Below, one piece after another: positions 21,341 through 32,032 of a stretch of 64,000 bases of DNA; position 1 is the stretch's first letter, and the number at the start of each line of letters is the position of its first letter. Where the stretch lies: assembly GCA_963769935.1 (NCBI GenBank), contig CAVYNY010000020.1, forward strand, positions 288,001-352,000. Direction: 5' to 3'. A program made the translations under genes and the position numbers. A model generated the notes under the pieces. The model was not told the origin of the DNA, did not search any database, and worked only from the letters and a program-made list of their open reading frames with translations. This stretch comes from an uncultured delta proteobacterium (GTDB taxonomy: Bacteria > Desulfobacterota > Desulfobacteria > Desulfobacterales > JAFDCJ01).

Positions 21341-22192
21341 ATGGCTACCAAAAAATTAACACGCTTTGATTTGCAGAAAATGAAAGATGCCGGCCAGCCG
21401 GCCGTGTGGATTACGGCCTACGATTACTGGACCGCCCAATTTGCCGAGCAGGCCGGCATGGATATGATCCTGGTCGGCGATTCACTGGGGATGTGCGTAT
21501 ATGGCTACGCGGGGACCGTGCCCGTGACCATGGACCAGTGTATCTATCACTGCGAGGCGGTGCGCCGGGGCGCAGCCAATACCTTCGTCATCGGGGACAT
21601 GCCGTTTCTATCCTACCAGGTCAGCGTCCCGGAGGCGGTGCTCAATGCCGGCCGGTTTTATAAAGCGGCCAACATGGATGCCGTCAAACTGGAAGGCGGC
21701 CGGCGCGTCTGTCCCCAGATAAAGGCGATTGCCGACGCCGGTATGCTGGTGATGGGGCACATCGGACTGACCCCGCAAAGTTCCGGACAACTCGGTGGCT
21801 TTAAAGCCCAGGGGCGCACGAAAGAAACGGCGCTGGAGCTGATCGAGGATGCCAGGGCCATCGAAGCGGCCGGAGCCTATGCCCTTCTGGTGGAAGCCGT
21901 TCCGCCGGAAGTGTGCGGGATCATCCGCGAAAGCCTGTCCATCCCGGTATATAGCATCGGCGCCGGTATCGAGGCCGATGGACAGCTGATGATTTGCAGC
22001 GACGTTCTGGGAATTTTCCAGGCGTTTACGCCCAAATTCGTTAAAAAGTACGAAAATCTGGCGGAAAAAACCATCAAGGCCTTTACGGCTTATGTCGAAG
22101 AGGCGCGCCGGGGTGAATTTCCGCGCGATGAGCACAGCTATAAAATGGTCGAAGGCGAGCTGAAGAAATTAAAAGAGGCGCTGGGACGTTGA
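21341..22192 (+). CDS. panB: 3-methyl-2-oxobutanoate hydroxymethyltransferase
   Basis: TAYD, ILVGDSLG, DMPF.SY, VKLEGG, GHIGLTPQ, IGAG. Confidence 0.95.
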   Translation: MATKKLTRFDLQKMKDAGQPAVWITAYDYWTAQFAEQAGMDMILVGDSLGMCVYGYAGTVPVTMDQCIYHCEAVRRGAANTFVIGDMPFLSYQVSVPEAVLNAGRFYKAANMDAVKLEGGRRVCPQIKAIADAGMLVMGHIGLTPQSSGQLGGFKAQGRTKETALELIEDARAIEAAGAYALLVEAVPPEVCGIIRESLSIPVYSIGAGIEADGQLMICSDVLGIFQAFTPKFVKKYENLAEKTIKAFTAYVEEARRGEFPRDEHSYKMVEGELKKLKEALGR

Positions 22193-22323
22193 TAGCGGGC
22201 ACAAGCCGGCCGGGTTGCACCGGCCGGCCTGTTTCTCAGCGGGAGCCCGGGCGTTGCGAGGATCGGGATGAGTCCGCGGCCAATCGAATTTTAAACGGTA
22301 TCACTAAATGAGGAGCCGCTGTC

Positions 22324-23271
22324 GTGTCAGAAGTGCTGAATAAAATTCGCAATTTTATGGAAAAAGAGGGCATCCCCGGCCGGGATGCCTATGAACTGCC
22401 GACATCCCCCAAAACGTTTCCCGACGGCGCCAACTACCGGATCGAAATTGCCGGCGTCGAACGGGCATCAACCATGGAAGCCATGATCGATGAAGCCCGC
22501 AAAAGAAACCTGGCTGTCCACCGCGTCATCGCCGCCGTCGGCGGTTCGACCTATTGTGATTTCGCGGAGCTGGAAGCCATGGCCCAGATGGCCCGCGAGG
22601 AGAAAATCGAGGTGGTGATGACCGTCGGCCATCGCAAGGGCTGGGATGTCGGGGCCAGGGAAAGCGCGACCCCCGAGGGTGCGCTGCAGGCTTTCAGGCT
22701 GCGGGGATCGGATCATATTTCTTACCACATCGCCGATATTATGCGCAGCATTGAGGCCGGTCATCGGGGCTTTCTGGTTTATGACGAAGGGGTCCTTTAT
22801 CTGCTGAACAAAATGCGGCAGGAGGGCCTGATTCCCGCGGAGACGATCTTCAAGTTCTCGGTCTTCGGCGGGTACTGCAGCGCGGCCGGCGCCAAGGTGA
22901 TTGAATCGATGGGTGCCAACTCCCTGAACCCGTCGTCGGATGTCTCCCTGCCGATTCTGGGCGGCATCCGCCGAACCGTCGACATCACCCTGGATGTCTA
23001 CATCATCATTGTGGACTCCTTCGGCGGCATGTTCAGGGCGTACGAGGCACCTGAAATCGCCCGGATTGCCTCACCCTGTTATCTCAAGTTCGAACCGGGC
23101 ACCTCCGAAGGTGATATCTACAAACCCTGGGTAGCGGAGGCCTGGCATCAAGGGCTCATCCGTGAAAAGGTTAAAATTGCCGCCATCGTGCAGGAGATCA
23201 TGCAGCGGCATGCGCCGGAGCTGAAAGCGTCGCCGAAAGGACCTGCTGATCTGGTTCTGCCGGCGGTATAG
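22324..23271 (+). CDS. Conserved TIM-barrel-like protein (U32-peptidase-like family, function unknown)
   Basis: FPDGANYRIEI..VE, GFLVYDEG, RAYEAPEIARIASPCYLKF. GTG start with RBS GAGGAG. Confidence 0.65.
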   Translation: MSEVLNKIRNFMEKEGIPGRDAYELPTSPKTFPDGANYRIEIAGVERASTMEAMIDEARKRNLAVHRVIAAVGGSTYCDFAELEAMAQMAREEKIEVVMTVGHRKGWDVGARESATPEGALQAFRLRGSDHISYHIADIMRSIEAGHRGFLVYDEGVLYLLNKMRQEGLIPAETIFKFSVFGGYCSAAGAKVIESMGANSLNPSSDVSLPILGGIRRTVDITLDVYIIIVDSFGGMFRAYEAPEIARIASPCYLKFEPGTSEGDIYKPWVAEAWHQGLIREKVKIAAIVQEIMQRHAPELKASPKGPADLVLPAV

Positions 23272-23337
23272 CAGAGAATGGTTTTCTTAGTATTGAAGGT
23301 AAATTGGGTTTCCAGAGGCATATGAATGCCTGGAACT

Positions 23338-23437
23338 TGGAGTACTGTAATGATGGAGTATTGGAGTATTGAAAAAGGGACATCAAATCCTTCGTCATTA
23401 CTCCAACACTCCGGTACTCCAATACTCCAATACTCCA
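23338..23437. repeat. Inverted arrays of octamer TGGAGTAT / ATACTCCA
   Basis: Left arm 23338-23371, right arm 23396-23437. Confidence 0.8.
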
Positions 23438-23510
23438 AATAAATTTAAGATTAAAACCTCAGAAATAGGACACTTTTATCGCAAACCTTACTTAGCTCCA
23501 GGAAACATGG

Positions 23511-24743
23511 ATGAATATGGAAAACGCACTGGCAAGTAGAAGCCATGCGGTGGAATGGTCGGGGATTCGAGTGATGTTTGCGCTGGCGGATGAGATTCCG
23601 GGTGTGATCAACCTTGGTATCGGTCAGCCGGATTTTGATACGCCGGCCTTTATTCGCGAGGCGGCTAAAGAAGCGCTGGACCAGGGTTTCACCCGCTATC
23701 CGCCGGCGAAAGGGTTCCAGGATTTAAGAGAGGCCATCGCCGACAAGCTCAAGGCCGAAAACAACATCGTCGCCGATCCGGCTACGGAAATTTTCGTGGC
23801 GGTGGGGGCCATGCAGGTCATCTTCAACACCATGCTGCACCTGGTGGAACCCGGCCAGGAAGTCATTCTCATCGATCCCGGCTACGATTATTACTCGCAG
23901 ATCAGGCTTTTCGGCGGGGTGCCGGTGCCGGTGCCGGCCTACGAGCAAAATCTGTTTAAAGTCGATCCGGCCGACATCGCCGCCGCTGTGTCGCCCAGAA
24001 CCAAACTCATCATTCTCAACTCGCCGTCCAATCCCACCGGCGCCATGTTCGACGCCGGCATCCTGGCCGAAATCGCCCGCATCGCCCGGGATCACGACCT
24101 CTATGTGCTCTCCGACGAACCCTATGAGCATATCCTGTTTGACGGCAATCAGCACGTCAGTATCGCCGCCTTCGACGGAATGAAGGCCAGAACCGTTTCC
24201 GCCTACACCTTGTCCAAGTCCTATGCCATGACCGGGTGGCGGGTGGGGTATGCGGTCGCGCCGAAGGCCTTGATCGATGAGATGGAAAAGCTGATGGAGC
24301 ATATGGTTTCGGGGGTCACCGCCGTGGCCCAGCGCGCCGCCCTGGCAGCCATTAGCGCCCCCCAGGACTGTGTGCGGGAGATGGTGGCCGAATACGACCG
24401 CCGCCGAAAAATCATTCATGAAGGCCTGAACACCATCGACGGCATCTCGTGCATCCGGCCGGAATCCACTTTTTATGCGTTTCCGAACATATCCGGCTGC
24501 GGGTTAAGCTCCTGGGATTTTGCCAAGTATCTTGTACGGGAGCACAAGGTAGCCGTGGTGCCGGGCAGCATCTTCGGCCAAAGAGGGGAGGGATACGTGC
24601 GGATAAGCTTTGCCGCATCGGCGGCGAGTTTACAAGAGGCGCTTGCCAGGATGGAAAAAGGCGTTGCCGCGCTGCACGGCCAGACGGCCGGCAAAGGGCG
24701 GCGGCAATCCCGGCATCCGGCCGGAGACGGATGGCGCAGTTAA
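23511..24743 (+). CDS. PLP-dependent aminotransferase class I/II
   Basis: IGQPDF, NSPSNPTG, SDEPY, SKSYAMTGWRVG. Confidence 0.95.
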   Translation: MNMENALASRSHAVEWSGIRVMFALADEIPGVINLGIGQPDFDTPAFIREAAKEALDQGFTRYPPAKGFQDLREAIADKLKAENNIVADPATEIFVAVGAMQVIFNTMLHLVEPGQEVILIDPGYDYYSQIRLFGGVPVPVPAYEQNLFKVDPADIAAAVSPRTKLIILNSPSNPTGAMFDAGILAEIARIARDHDLYVLSDEPYEHILFDGNQHVSIAAFDGMKARTVSAYTLSKSYAMTGWRVGYAVAPKALIDEMEKLMEHMVSGVTAVAQRAALAAISAPQDCVREMVAEYDRRRKIIHEGLNTIDGISCIRPESTFYAFPNISGCGLSSWDFAKYLVREHKVAVVPGSIFGQRGEGYVRISFAASAASLQEALARMEKGVAALHGQTAGKGRRQSRHPAGDGWRS

Positions 24744-24805
24744 ACCGGCGTGGTCAGCCCGGCTCAGCACCCGTTCCTGTGCCGGCGATTCGGTTGATTT
24801 ACATT

Positions 24806-26671
24806 TCAAGCGACAATTTTTACCACAACCAGCGTAACATCGTCTTCCTGCTTCGCGGCTCCCCGAAAATCCTTCAACGATGCCAAGATGGCCTCAAGCA
24901 ACCTTTCGGAAGAATAGGCGGCATGCTCACGAATGAGAGCGGCCAGGCGTGTTTTGCTGAACATCCGGCCGGAATCATCCCGGGTTTCCCAGATGCCATC
25001 GGTTCCGATCAGAAGGATCTGCCCCTCCGACAAACTCGTTTTGACGCTCTGCCGATATGTATAGTCGGCATCAACCCCGAGGGCCATACCTTCTGCGCCC
25101 AGTTCCTCGACGGCGTCCGAGGACGGGTCGTAAAAAAGGGCGGGATCATGGCCGGCCCGCACCCATTGCAGAGATTTTGAAGAAGGATCGATTTCGGCAT
25201 AGAACAGGGTCATGAAATGGCCGCTTTCCCGCGTATCGGCGGTGACCAGACGGTTTACATCTGTGATGATTTCAGTGGCATCGCCGGGCTGGGTCACCCG
25301 ACACCTCAAAAATGCCCGCGCCGTCGCCATCAGCAAGGCCGCCGAAATTCCGTGCCCCGAGACATCGCCGACAACCAGACCTAAGTGGTTCGAATCCCGG
25401 CAGCAAACCTCCAGAAAATCATAGTAATCTCCCCCGGTTTCATCGCAATAAAGGCTGCGCCCTGCGATATCCAATCCCGGCATTGCTTTGGATTTCTGCG
25501 GCAGCAGATTCTGCTGAACTTCCATGGCCAGATCCAGGGCCGCCTTGAGCCGGACGCGCTCTTTGAGCTGTTCCATCATGGTATTGAAACTTCGCGTCAG
25601 GTCGCCGACCTCATCCCGGGTTTTAACCGGCAGCGGCTGGTCGAAATCACCCCGGGCAATCCGGTCGGCCGCCCGGGATACTTCTTTGATCGCAGAGACC
25701 GTCCGCCCCGTCACCAATTTCATCAGCAGTAGAATTAAAAGAATAAATCCGGCGCCGGTAATGAGATAGTAAAGTCGAAAGCGCACTATGGGGGCTAGAA
25801 TTTTTCTGCCCGGTGCGATCATCACCAGCGTCCAGGGCGCTTCCTGCAGTTTGTAAAAGCCGCTCACCTCGGCGGGCGGATGACCGCTGCCAAGCAACGT
25901 CCCATAGGGTTCTGATTTGATGGCCTTCATGGTTTCGCTTTCCAGGGGCTCCTTGGTTTCCGCCAATCCATATCGTTCTCCCGGAACCGTACCGGTGAGT
26001 ATTTTTCCGCGATCATCCACCAGAAAGCCCTCGTTGCTTTGCCACCAGCTACTGGTAACGACATTCCTCACCAGGTAGTCAAAACTCAGGACGACCGTCA
26101 ACCGACCGATGTTTTGGCCTTTTTGATCGAGCAAATCCGACACCAGCGATACAGTTTGATTCTCTATGGGGGCATCAAACCGCGGCGGCGTAATTTCACC
26201 GATGCGAGTCCGGTGGAAACGCTGCATCTGCCTCATCATTTCAGTCATATCGTCGCGGCCGCCCATCATGCCACGGCCCATGTCGGATTCGGGACCCATC
26301 ATGTCCGGCTGCCTTGGCGTCGTGTAATCGGCGGTATTGTTCTGCCAGGTCAAATCAACCCGCACGACGCCTTCCTGAGCTCTCAGCTGATCTACCAGCC
26401 ATTGGAAAATGATTTCAGGGCGGCTGCTTTCGCCGGCGGTATCCAGAGACTGGATCCAAATGCGGATGCGGCTGATATGCATGTCCACCTGGTGAGCGCC
26501 GCGCTGTAGTTTCAGGACGGCGGCTTCCTGCCACTGCGAAAGCAGCGCGTCTCTGGCATAAACGAAACCGGCAATACCCATGCCGATCAATAGCAAGGCC
26601 ACCGGCAGGATCAAAAACAGCGAAAGACGCTGTTGCAAGCTCTTGGGGTGTATCACGATGAAGTCCTCCAA
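24806..26671 (-). CDS. SpoIIE/PP2C family phosphatase with Cache and HAMP domains
   Basis: 2 TM, HAMP, GGDYYD, GDVSGHG, TDG, DDVT. Confidence 0.93.
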   Translation of the reverse strand: MEDFIVIHPKSLQQRLSLFLILPVALLLIGMGIAGFVYARDALLSQWQEAAVLKLQRGAHQVDMHISRIRIWIQSLDTAGESSRPEIIFQWLVDQLRAQEGVVRVDLTWQNNTADYTTPRQPDMMGPESDMGRGMMGGRDDMTEMMRQMQRFHRTRIGEITPPRFDAPIENQTVSLVSDLLDQKGQNIGRLTVVLSFDYLVRNVVTSSWWQSNEGFLVDDRGKILTGTVPGERYGLAETKEPLESETMKAIKSEPYGTLLGSGHPPAEVSGFYKLQEAPWTLVMIAPGRKILAPIVRFRLYYLITGAGFILLILLLMKLVTGRTVSAIKEVSRAADRIARGDFDQPLPVKTRDEVGDLTRSFNTMMEQLKERVRLKAALDLAMEVQQNLLPQKSKAMPGLDIAGRSLYCDETGGDYYDFLEVCCRDSNHLGLVVGDVSGHGISAALLMATARAFLRCRVTQPGDATEIITDVNRLVTADTRESGHFMTLFYAEIDPSSKSLQWVRAGHDPALFYDPSSDAVEELGAEGMALGVDADYTYRQSVKTSLSEGQILLIGTDGIWETRDDSGRMFSKTRLAALIREHAAYSSERLLEAILASLKDFRGAAKQEDDVTLVVVKIVA

Positions 26672-27196
26672 CTTTTGACGGAAACTCCCGGCGATTTAAG
26701 CGATCCAGCAGAAATGAATACTTGCAGGCAATATAAGTGGCAATGTATCGATTTTCAAGTTATGAATAGAATTCGGCCGCCAGAGGATTCTTGACTGCTT
26801 CCGGCCATTATACCCAAAAATGCATTTTTTAATGTTTTTTTATGGGAAAGTTTGCTTAATAAATAAGCTTGTGTCAATAAAAAAGGTTGGCCAGCCATCG
26901 GAAGAAGAGAGCGAAGCAAGATTATTTCGGCGGAGTTTTTATTGGCCCATTTACGCCGCAGCTTGATTACCGGCCTGAGGTACTACCTTTATGGACTGAA
27001 TATACATTATTGACCCCATTTAAAAATAGGTTGAAGAGGCCCAGCATAATTCCTTTTTGCAACTAAATTTTCTTTGTTCATGACTGTCCGGCGGTTAAAG
27101 TTTTGATTCATTTGGAAAACGGAATACTCTCTCTGGAGCTGCGACCCGGAAGCGGGGATGGCTGCCGTCAACAAATGACGCCGCTCTTAAGGACCG

Positions 27197-28537
27197 ATGA
27201 TGTCGGATGCAAAAGATAAGGTTGGCGGCACAAACGGTTTTAAGCGAATTTTTCGGACTCTATCCTCCAGAAACTACCGGCTTTTTTTTACCGGCCAGAG
27301 CATATCGCTGATCGGCACCTGGATGCAGCGCGTGGCGCTGAGCTGGCTGGTATACCACCTGACTTCTTCGGAGTTTTTGCTGGGACTCGTTTCGTTTCTC
27401 GGACTTATTCCGGTATTCGTGCTTTCGCCGTTTGCCGGCGTGCTGGCCGATCGGCTCCACCGGCTGCATTTGCTGATCGCAACCCAGGCTTTGGCCATGC
27501 TGCAGGCTTTATTACTGGCGGTATTGGTGATGACCGGGCTCATCAGGATCGGGCATGTGATGGTGTTGGCCGCATTTTTAGGCCTGATCAATGCGTTCGA
27601 TACGCCGATCCGACAGGCGTTTACCGCTGAACTGATCGAAAAAAAAGAAGATCTGGGTAATGCCATCGCTTTAAATTCGGCGATGTTCAACGGCGCGCGG
27701 ATGGTGGGCCCGACCCTGGCAGGGCTGCTGATCGCCCTCTTCGGGGAAGGGTTTTGCTTCCTGCTCAACGGGCTCAGCTACGTGGCTGTTTTAACGGCCT
27801 TGCTGCGTATGAGAATCCCCCCCACGGTGAAGACGGGACACAAGCAAAAGCTGCTGAAAGGGTTGAAGGAAGGGTTTTTTTATTCTTTCGGTTTTGCTCC
27901 GATCAAGGCTGTTCTTTTCCTGCTGATGGCGGTCAGTATAATGGGTATGCCCTATATGGTGTTAATGCCGGTTTTTGCCAAAGACATTCTCCATGGAGGC
28001 TCCCGTACCCTCGGCTTACTCATGGGTGCGGCCGGTGCGGGCGCCTTGTGCGGCGCGGTATATCTGGCACAGCGCAAATCGGTCGCCGGTCTGGAACGCG
28101 TGATTCCGGTAATGGCCGGACTATTCAGCCTGGGACTGATCGGTTTTGCGCTGTCGCGTAATCAATGGCTGTCCTTATTGCTGCTTTTCATTATCGGATT
28201 CGGGCTGATGGTCCAAATGGCTTCAAGCAACACCATTTTGCAGACTATCGTCGACGACGATAAACGCGGCCGAGTGATGAGCTTTTATGTGATGGGCGTC
28301 ATGGGGACAACGCCCATCGGCAGCCTGCTGGCCGGAGCAGCAGCCGGCCGGCTGGGAACACCGGAGACACTGATTATCGGAGGGGGTTGCTGCCTGGTGG
28401 GCGCTCTGCTTTTTACATTTAAACTGCGGGCAATCAGGGAATTAATTCGTCCGATATATATCGAAAAGGGGATCATTTCCGAAGTGGCGCTCGGCCTGCA
28501 AGCGGCTGCCCAGTGGCCGAAGCCGCCGGCCGGTTGA
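27197..28537 (+). CDS. MFS transporter
   Basis: NYRLFFTGQSISLIGTWMQ, GVLADR, RGRVMS; about 12 TM. Confidence 0.93.
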   Translation: MMSDAKDKVGGTNGFKRIFRTLSSRNYRLFFTGQSISLIGTWMQRVALSWLVYHLTSSEFLLGLVSFLGLIPVFVLSPFAGVLADRLHRLHLLIATQALAMLQALLLAVLVMTGLIRIGHVMVLAAFLGLINAFDTPIRQAFTAELIEKKEDLGNAIALNSAMFNGARMVGPTLAGLLIALFGEGFCFLLNGLSYVAVLTALLRMRIPPTVKTGHKQKLLKGLKEGFFYSFGFAPIKAVLFLLMAVSIMGMPYMVLMPVFAKDILHGGSRTLGLLMGAAGAGALCGAVYLAQRKSVAGLERVIPVMAGLFSLGLIGFALSRNQWLSLLLLFIIGFGLMVQMASSNTILQTIVDDDKRGRVMSFYVMGVMGTTPIGSLLAGAAAGRLGTPETLIIGGGCCLVGALLFTFKLRAIRELIRPIYIEKGIISEVALGLQAAAQWPKPPAG

Positions 28538-28637
28538 ATAGACAGGGTATTTCAAATCGAAGGCGAGGCGTGCACCGCTGCAATTTGAGTCTCAGCGGGT
28601 CCATTTCGAGGTCAAAGGGCAAAAGTACCCGTCTAAG

Positions 28638-29237
28638 TCAAATCCTTTTGGATTGCCGCACGTACCGCGTGGCGAGCAATATGTCCCACAGCGGCGTGGT
28701 AACCCCAAAGTTGGTGTCGGGGTGGTAGTGATGGATGTGATGATTGGCTGCCCAACGTCGGACCGGACGCCAGCGAAAACGTCTGTGATGAATGAGAAAG
28801 TGGCTCAGCCCGTAGGTGACGTAGCCAAAGTCTATGGCACCTGCCAGCAGAAACGCAAAGCCAACGGGCATCAGCAAAACAAATATCCCTACCAACCCCG
28901 TCAGCAGCAGGGCCGGCAGGAAGAAAGGCAGGGCGTCGTAGCCCAGCGGATTCTCGTGATGGGCGCGGTGACCCTCCACCATGAGCCGCATCGATCCGTG
29001 AAACAGCCAGCGGTGAAAGAAGTACTCGAAAAAGCTGAAAATAAACAGGCCGATCAGGATGGTGAATAATACCGCGCCGGGATGGGTGTCAAGGTGCCGC
29101 AAGCCTTCAAAAATCAGCAAAATCCCGACCGGGAAATCGAGAAAAAATTCGCCCCAGTAATTGGCCGGGGTCCGCGACATCTTCAAGATGCAGTCCAGCG
29201 CAGCATCAAACAGTCGCCTGATCCCTAGCCCCTGCAT
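28638..29237 (-). CDS. Fatty acid hydroxylase/sterol desaturase family protein
   Basis: His boxes HRWLFH, HRAHH, HFLIHH, HHIHH; NFGVT..WD. Confidence 0.88.
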   Translation of the reverse strand: MQGLGIRRLFDAALDCILKMSRTPANYWGEFFLDFPVGILLIFEGLRHLDTHPGAVLFTILIGLFIFSFFEYFFHRWLFHGSMRLMVEGHRAHHENPLGYDALPFFLPALLLTGLVGIFVLLMPVGFAFLLAGAIDFGYVTYGLSHFLIHHRRFRWRPVRRWAANHHIHHYHPDTNFGVTTPLWDILLATRYVRQSKRI

Positions 29238-29432
29238 AGTCCTTTATCCTCCCCGGTTACGAAACGGAAAAATCTTATTACAGTATGCCCAAGAATGTCA
29301 AATCTATTTCAGAACCTGTTTAATTGTCCTCGCATTTTTCTTTTCTGTTAGTTCAAACAGTTTTTTTCATCGATTTCAGCCGGGTAAAGGGCGTAATAAG
29401 CGAGGGCCGACCGTATCCGCTGCTCATCAACG

Positions 29433-29634
29433 CTACTTCAGAGTTATCTTAAATACCACAATGGGATCTTTCGGAACGGTTTTATAAATTACCTCTTTAA
29501 CTGGGGCCGGGCGCCTATAAGGAGCGGCATCGTAACGATGAACGGGGACCCTGTTGTAGGCATATCCGTTGGGGTAGTTAGGAATTGGTTTAAATGGTTT
29601 GTTGTCCCACCCGGGAGGAATCTTTTTTACTTCA
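29433..29634 (-). pseudogene. 5'-truncated paralogue of the 32033..32362 exported-protein gene
   Basis: Colinear diverged copy at a constant 2600-bp offset. EVKKIPPGWDNKPFKPIPNY...KDPIVVFKITLK*, no start codon. Confidence 0.8.
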
Positions 29635-29642
29635 CCAAAGGA

Positions 29643-31541
29643 TTACTTCTTTTTGAACCTGCTCAGCCCGCGCATCAGCTTGACCAACGTTTGTTGATGG
29701 GTTTTCATGAATTGCTCATCGTCCCCGACAGGAACATCATCTTTTGTACTCAGATTATTTTTAAAGGTTCCCGCCGCATTCAAAGGGATGGATAGTTTGT
29801 AGTGAGGGTCCACATAACAGATCCGCGACCAGTCGCTGATGACGGTGTAGGGCCGTTGCTGATCGCTCAAAAGGTTGTAGCCGAGGGAATAATCCTCCGG
29901 AGGATTTTTGATCCCCAGGAAAGGCAACAGGGTCGGCGCGATATCGAGATGGCTGGTCATCTTTTCCACAGGGCCGCTGCCGGTGCCCGGAATCCACAGA
30001 ATTAAGGGGGTTCTAATCTGTTCTTCGTCAAAAGTCGAGCCGTGCCCCCACCGCCCCTTTTCCATGAATTCCTCGCCATGGTCGCCCGTGAGGATGACAA
30101 TTGTATTTTTTAAAAGATCTTCCCGCTCCAGGAAATCGATGATTCTGGCAAACTGGCTGTCGAGGTGATGACAGGAATTGATGTAGCGGTTTTTTATTAA
30201 CTGAATATCTTTTTTAAGGTCCATGGTCGCGTAATTGAATTCCTGGAGATAGTTTTTGCGAAGGATGCTCTCCTCCGGAAAGTAATAGCGGGCGTGCGGC
30301 GACTCAAAAAACATAAAGGTCATGAATGGCTGTTGGGGGTCCCGCTTTTCAATGAAATGGATAAGATCGGTGACGTTTTTTCGGTCTCTCTGCCAGCCCT
30401 GGCCGGTGTGGCTATCATGCAGGCAATCCCGCGGAATGGATGCAAAAAGAGTTTTATCGAATTCCGGATAAGAAAATCTGGCGCTGGTGTACATGCTCAT
30501 CTGATACTTCTGCTGCTGGAGAACGTCCATGAGGACGGGGCTGCGTCTGGTGTTCAGGAAATCAAACCAGTAGGGACCGTAAAGCCCGTAAAACATGGAG
30601 AACAAAGCCATCCTGGTACCGTTGCCGCCGCTGTAATGATTGAGAAAATGATGGGAACGTCGGGCGAATTCCCAGGCCGCAGGTGTGATCTCCGGGTCGA
30701 GCATATCCCAGCGCCACGATTCAGCGACCAGCCAGACAATATTCATCGGCTGCTTGGGTGTTTCAATCTGCAGTTTTTTTAGCGGATAGTTCAAAGCCGT
30801 GTCGCTCAGTTTAACCTTAAGGTCATTCCGGGAATTTTCCTTGATTCCAAATTTCCTGGCCAGGTCGCTAAAAAGAAAGGGGAGATATCCGGGGAAAGCC
30901 TGAGCCGAAATCAGAACCGGGCTATAGCCTTTTAAGTAGCTGATTCCGTAGGCAATGCGCTCGCCGGCCGTACACAGGCAAAAAATATACAGCAAGTATC
31001 GATACAGTTTGCGCGGCCGGCGGATCCAGGCAAAAGTCTTTCTGGTTGAAATGAAATACAGACCCCGGCACATGACGATCTGTATAACTATAAAACCGAG
31101 TATTGCCAGGGCGAAGAGGACCATGGCAGCATTATCGACGCCCATCGATTCGATGCCGCCGGGGGTGGTGATCAGATTCCAAACAAAGCCGTTGATATGA
31201 AAGCCGAAAATTTCAAAAATTTTAGCATCGACGAAGAGGACAATGGCTGTTCCCGCCGTAAGGGTAACGGCAAGTGTATAAACCATTCTTGCCGCTGCCG
31301 GCGAAAGGTCACGATGTTTTTTGCTCCAGGCCAGGATGTAGTGAGCGAATTTGGTTATTAAGAGGGCCGGCAGCAGATAGATAAACCCATAGCTGAAGTA
31401 TACCGCGATCACAAAAATCATAGTCGGGGCGGTTTCGAAAAAGGCTGTGCGTTTCAGGTAGGGTGCTGTTATCAGCAGAATCACCAGGTAAGACAGAAAG
31501 AAGAAATGATTCAGGAAAGCATTGCGTTCAGAGAAATTCAT
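29643..31541 (-). CDS. YejM/PbgA-like membrane sulfatase-fold protein (DUF3413 plus sulfatase)
   Basis: 5 N-terminal TM, GFHINGFVW, HYSGGN, TGDHGEEF, TSHLD. Confidence 0.88.
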   Translation of the reverse strand: MNFSERNAFLNHFFFLSYLVILLITAPYLKRTAFFETAPTMIFVIAVYFSYGFIYLLPALLITKFAHYILAWSKKHRDLSPAAARMVYTLAVTLTAGTAIVLFVDAKIFEIFGFHINGFVWNLITTPGGIESMGVDNAAMVLFALAILGFIVIQIVMCRGLYFISTRKTFAWIRRPRKLYRYLLYIFCLCTAGERIAYGISYLKGYSPVLISAQAFPGYLPFLFSDLARKFGIKENSRNDLKVKLSDTALNYPLKKLQIETPKQPMNIVWLVAESWRWDMLDPEITPAAWEFARRSHHFLNHYSGGNGTRMALFSMFYGLYGPYWFDFLNTRRSPVLMDVLQQQKYQMSMYTSARFSYPEFDKTLFASIPRDCLHDSHTGQGWQRDRKNVTDLIHFIEKRDPQQPFMTFMFFESPHARYYFPEESILRKNYLQEFNYATMDLKKDIQLIKNRYINSCHHLDSQFARIIDFLEREDLLKNTIVILTGDHGEEFMEKGRWGHGSTFDEEQIRTPLILWIPGTGSGPVEKMTSHLDIAPTLLPFLGIKNPPEDYSLGYNLLSDQQRPYTVISDWSRICYVDPHYKLSIPLNAAGTFKNNLSTKDDVPVGDDEQFMKTHQQTLVKLMRGLSRFKKK

Positions 31542-31898
31542 ATTTAATTTTCATTATTTCTTTTTTAATAAAGCTTTTTATTCTTTTTTAGTCGAATTTT
31601 GCATCTGGTTCAACCTCTGTTTTCAGAAGCATCCCTTTAAAAACCCATTTGAAGGGCCCCACGGTCATCAGCCGGCAGATATGGCGTTCCAGAAATTGAT
31701 TTAGAACAAGTGCGCTCCACGTGCGGCCTGCCCGAAACTGAAAAAACGCCGAGGCTGAGTCCGGTTGCAGAACCGGCCAGAGAAAAAAGGACAGGTATTT
31801 TATGCTGTTACAGCATCCTCCAGCAGCTTACTCAAAAAATCCGCTCGTGTCCACATCAAAGAATTTTAAATGATTTTGCAGGCTTGTAAATCGCTTAT

Positions 31899-31933
31899 AA
31901 AAAAGGTCCACGGGCCTAGTTCCGTGGACCTTT
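31899..31933 (-). terminator. Rho-independent terminator
   Basis: AAAGGTCCACGG-loop-CCGTGGACCTTT. Confidence 0.7.
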
Positions 31934-32032
31934 CATTCCTGTTAAACTTTGCGGTCAAAATTGCCTTGCGGACCGCCTCAATGTAATTTCAGGAAATGGT
32001 GCAAAAAATTTTGAATCAACAAATCTTCAACG

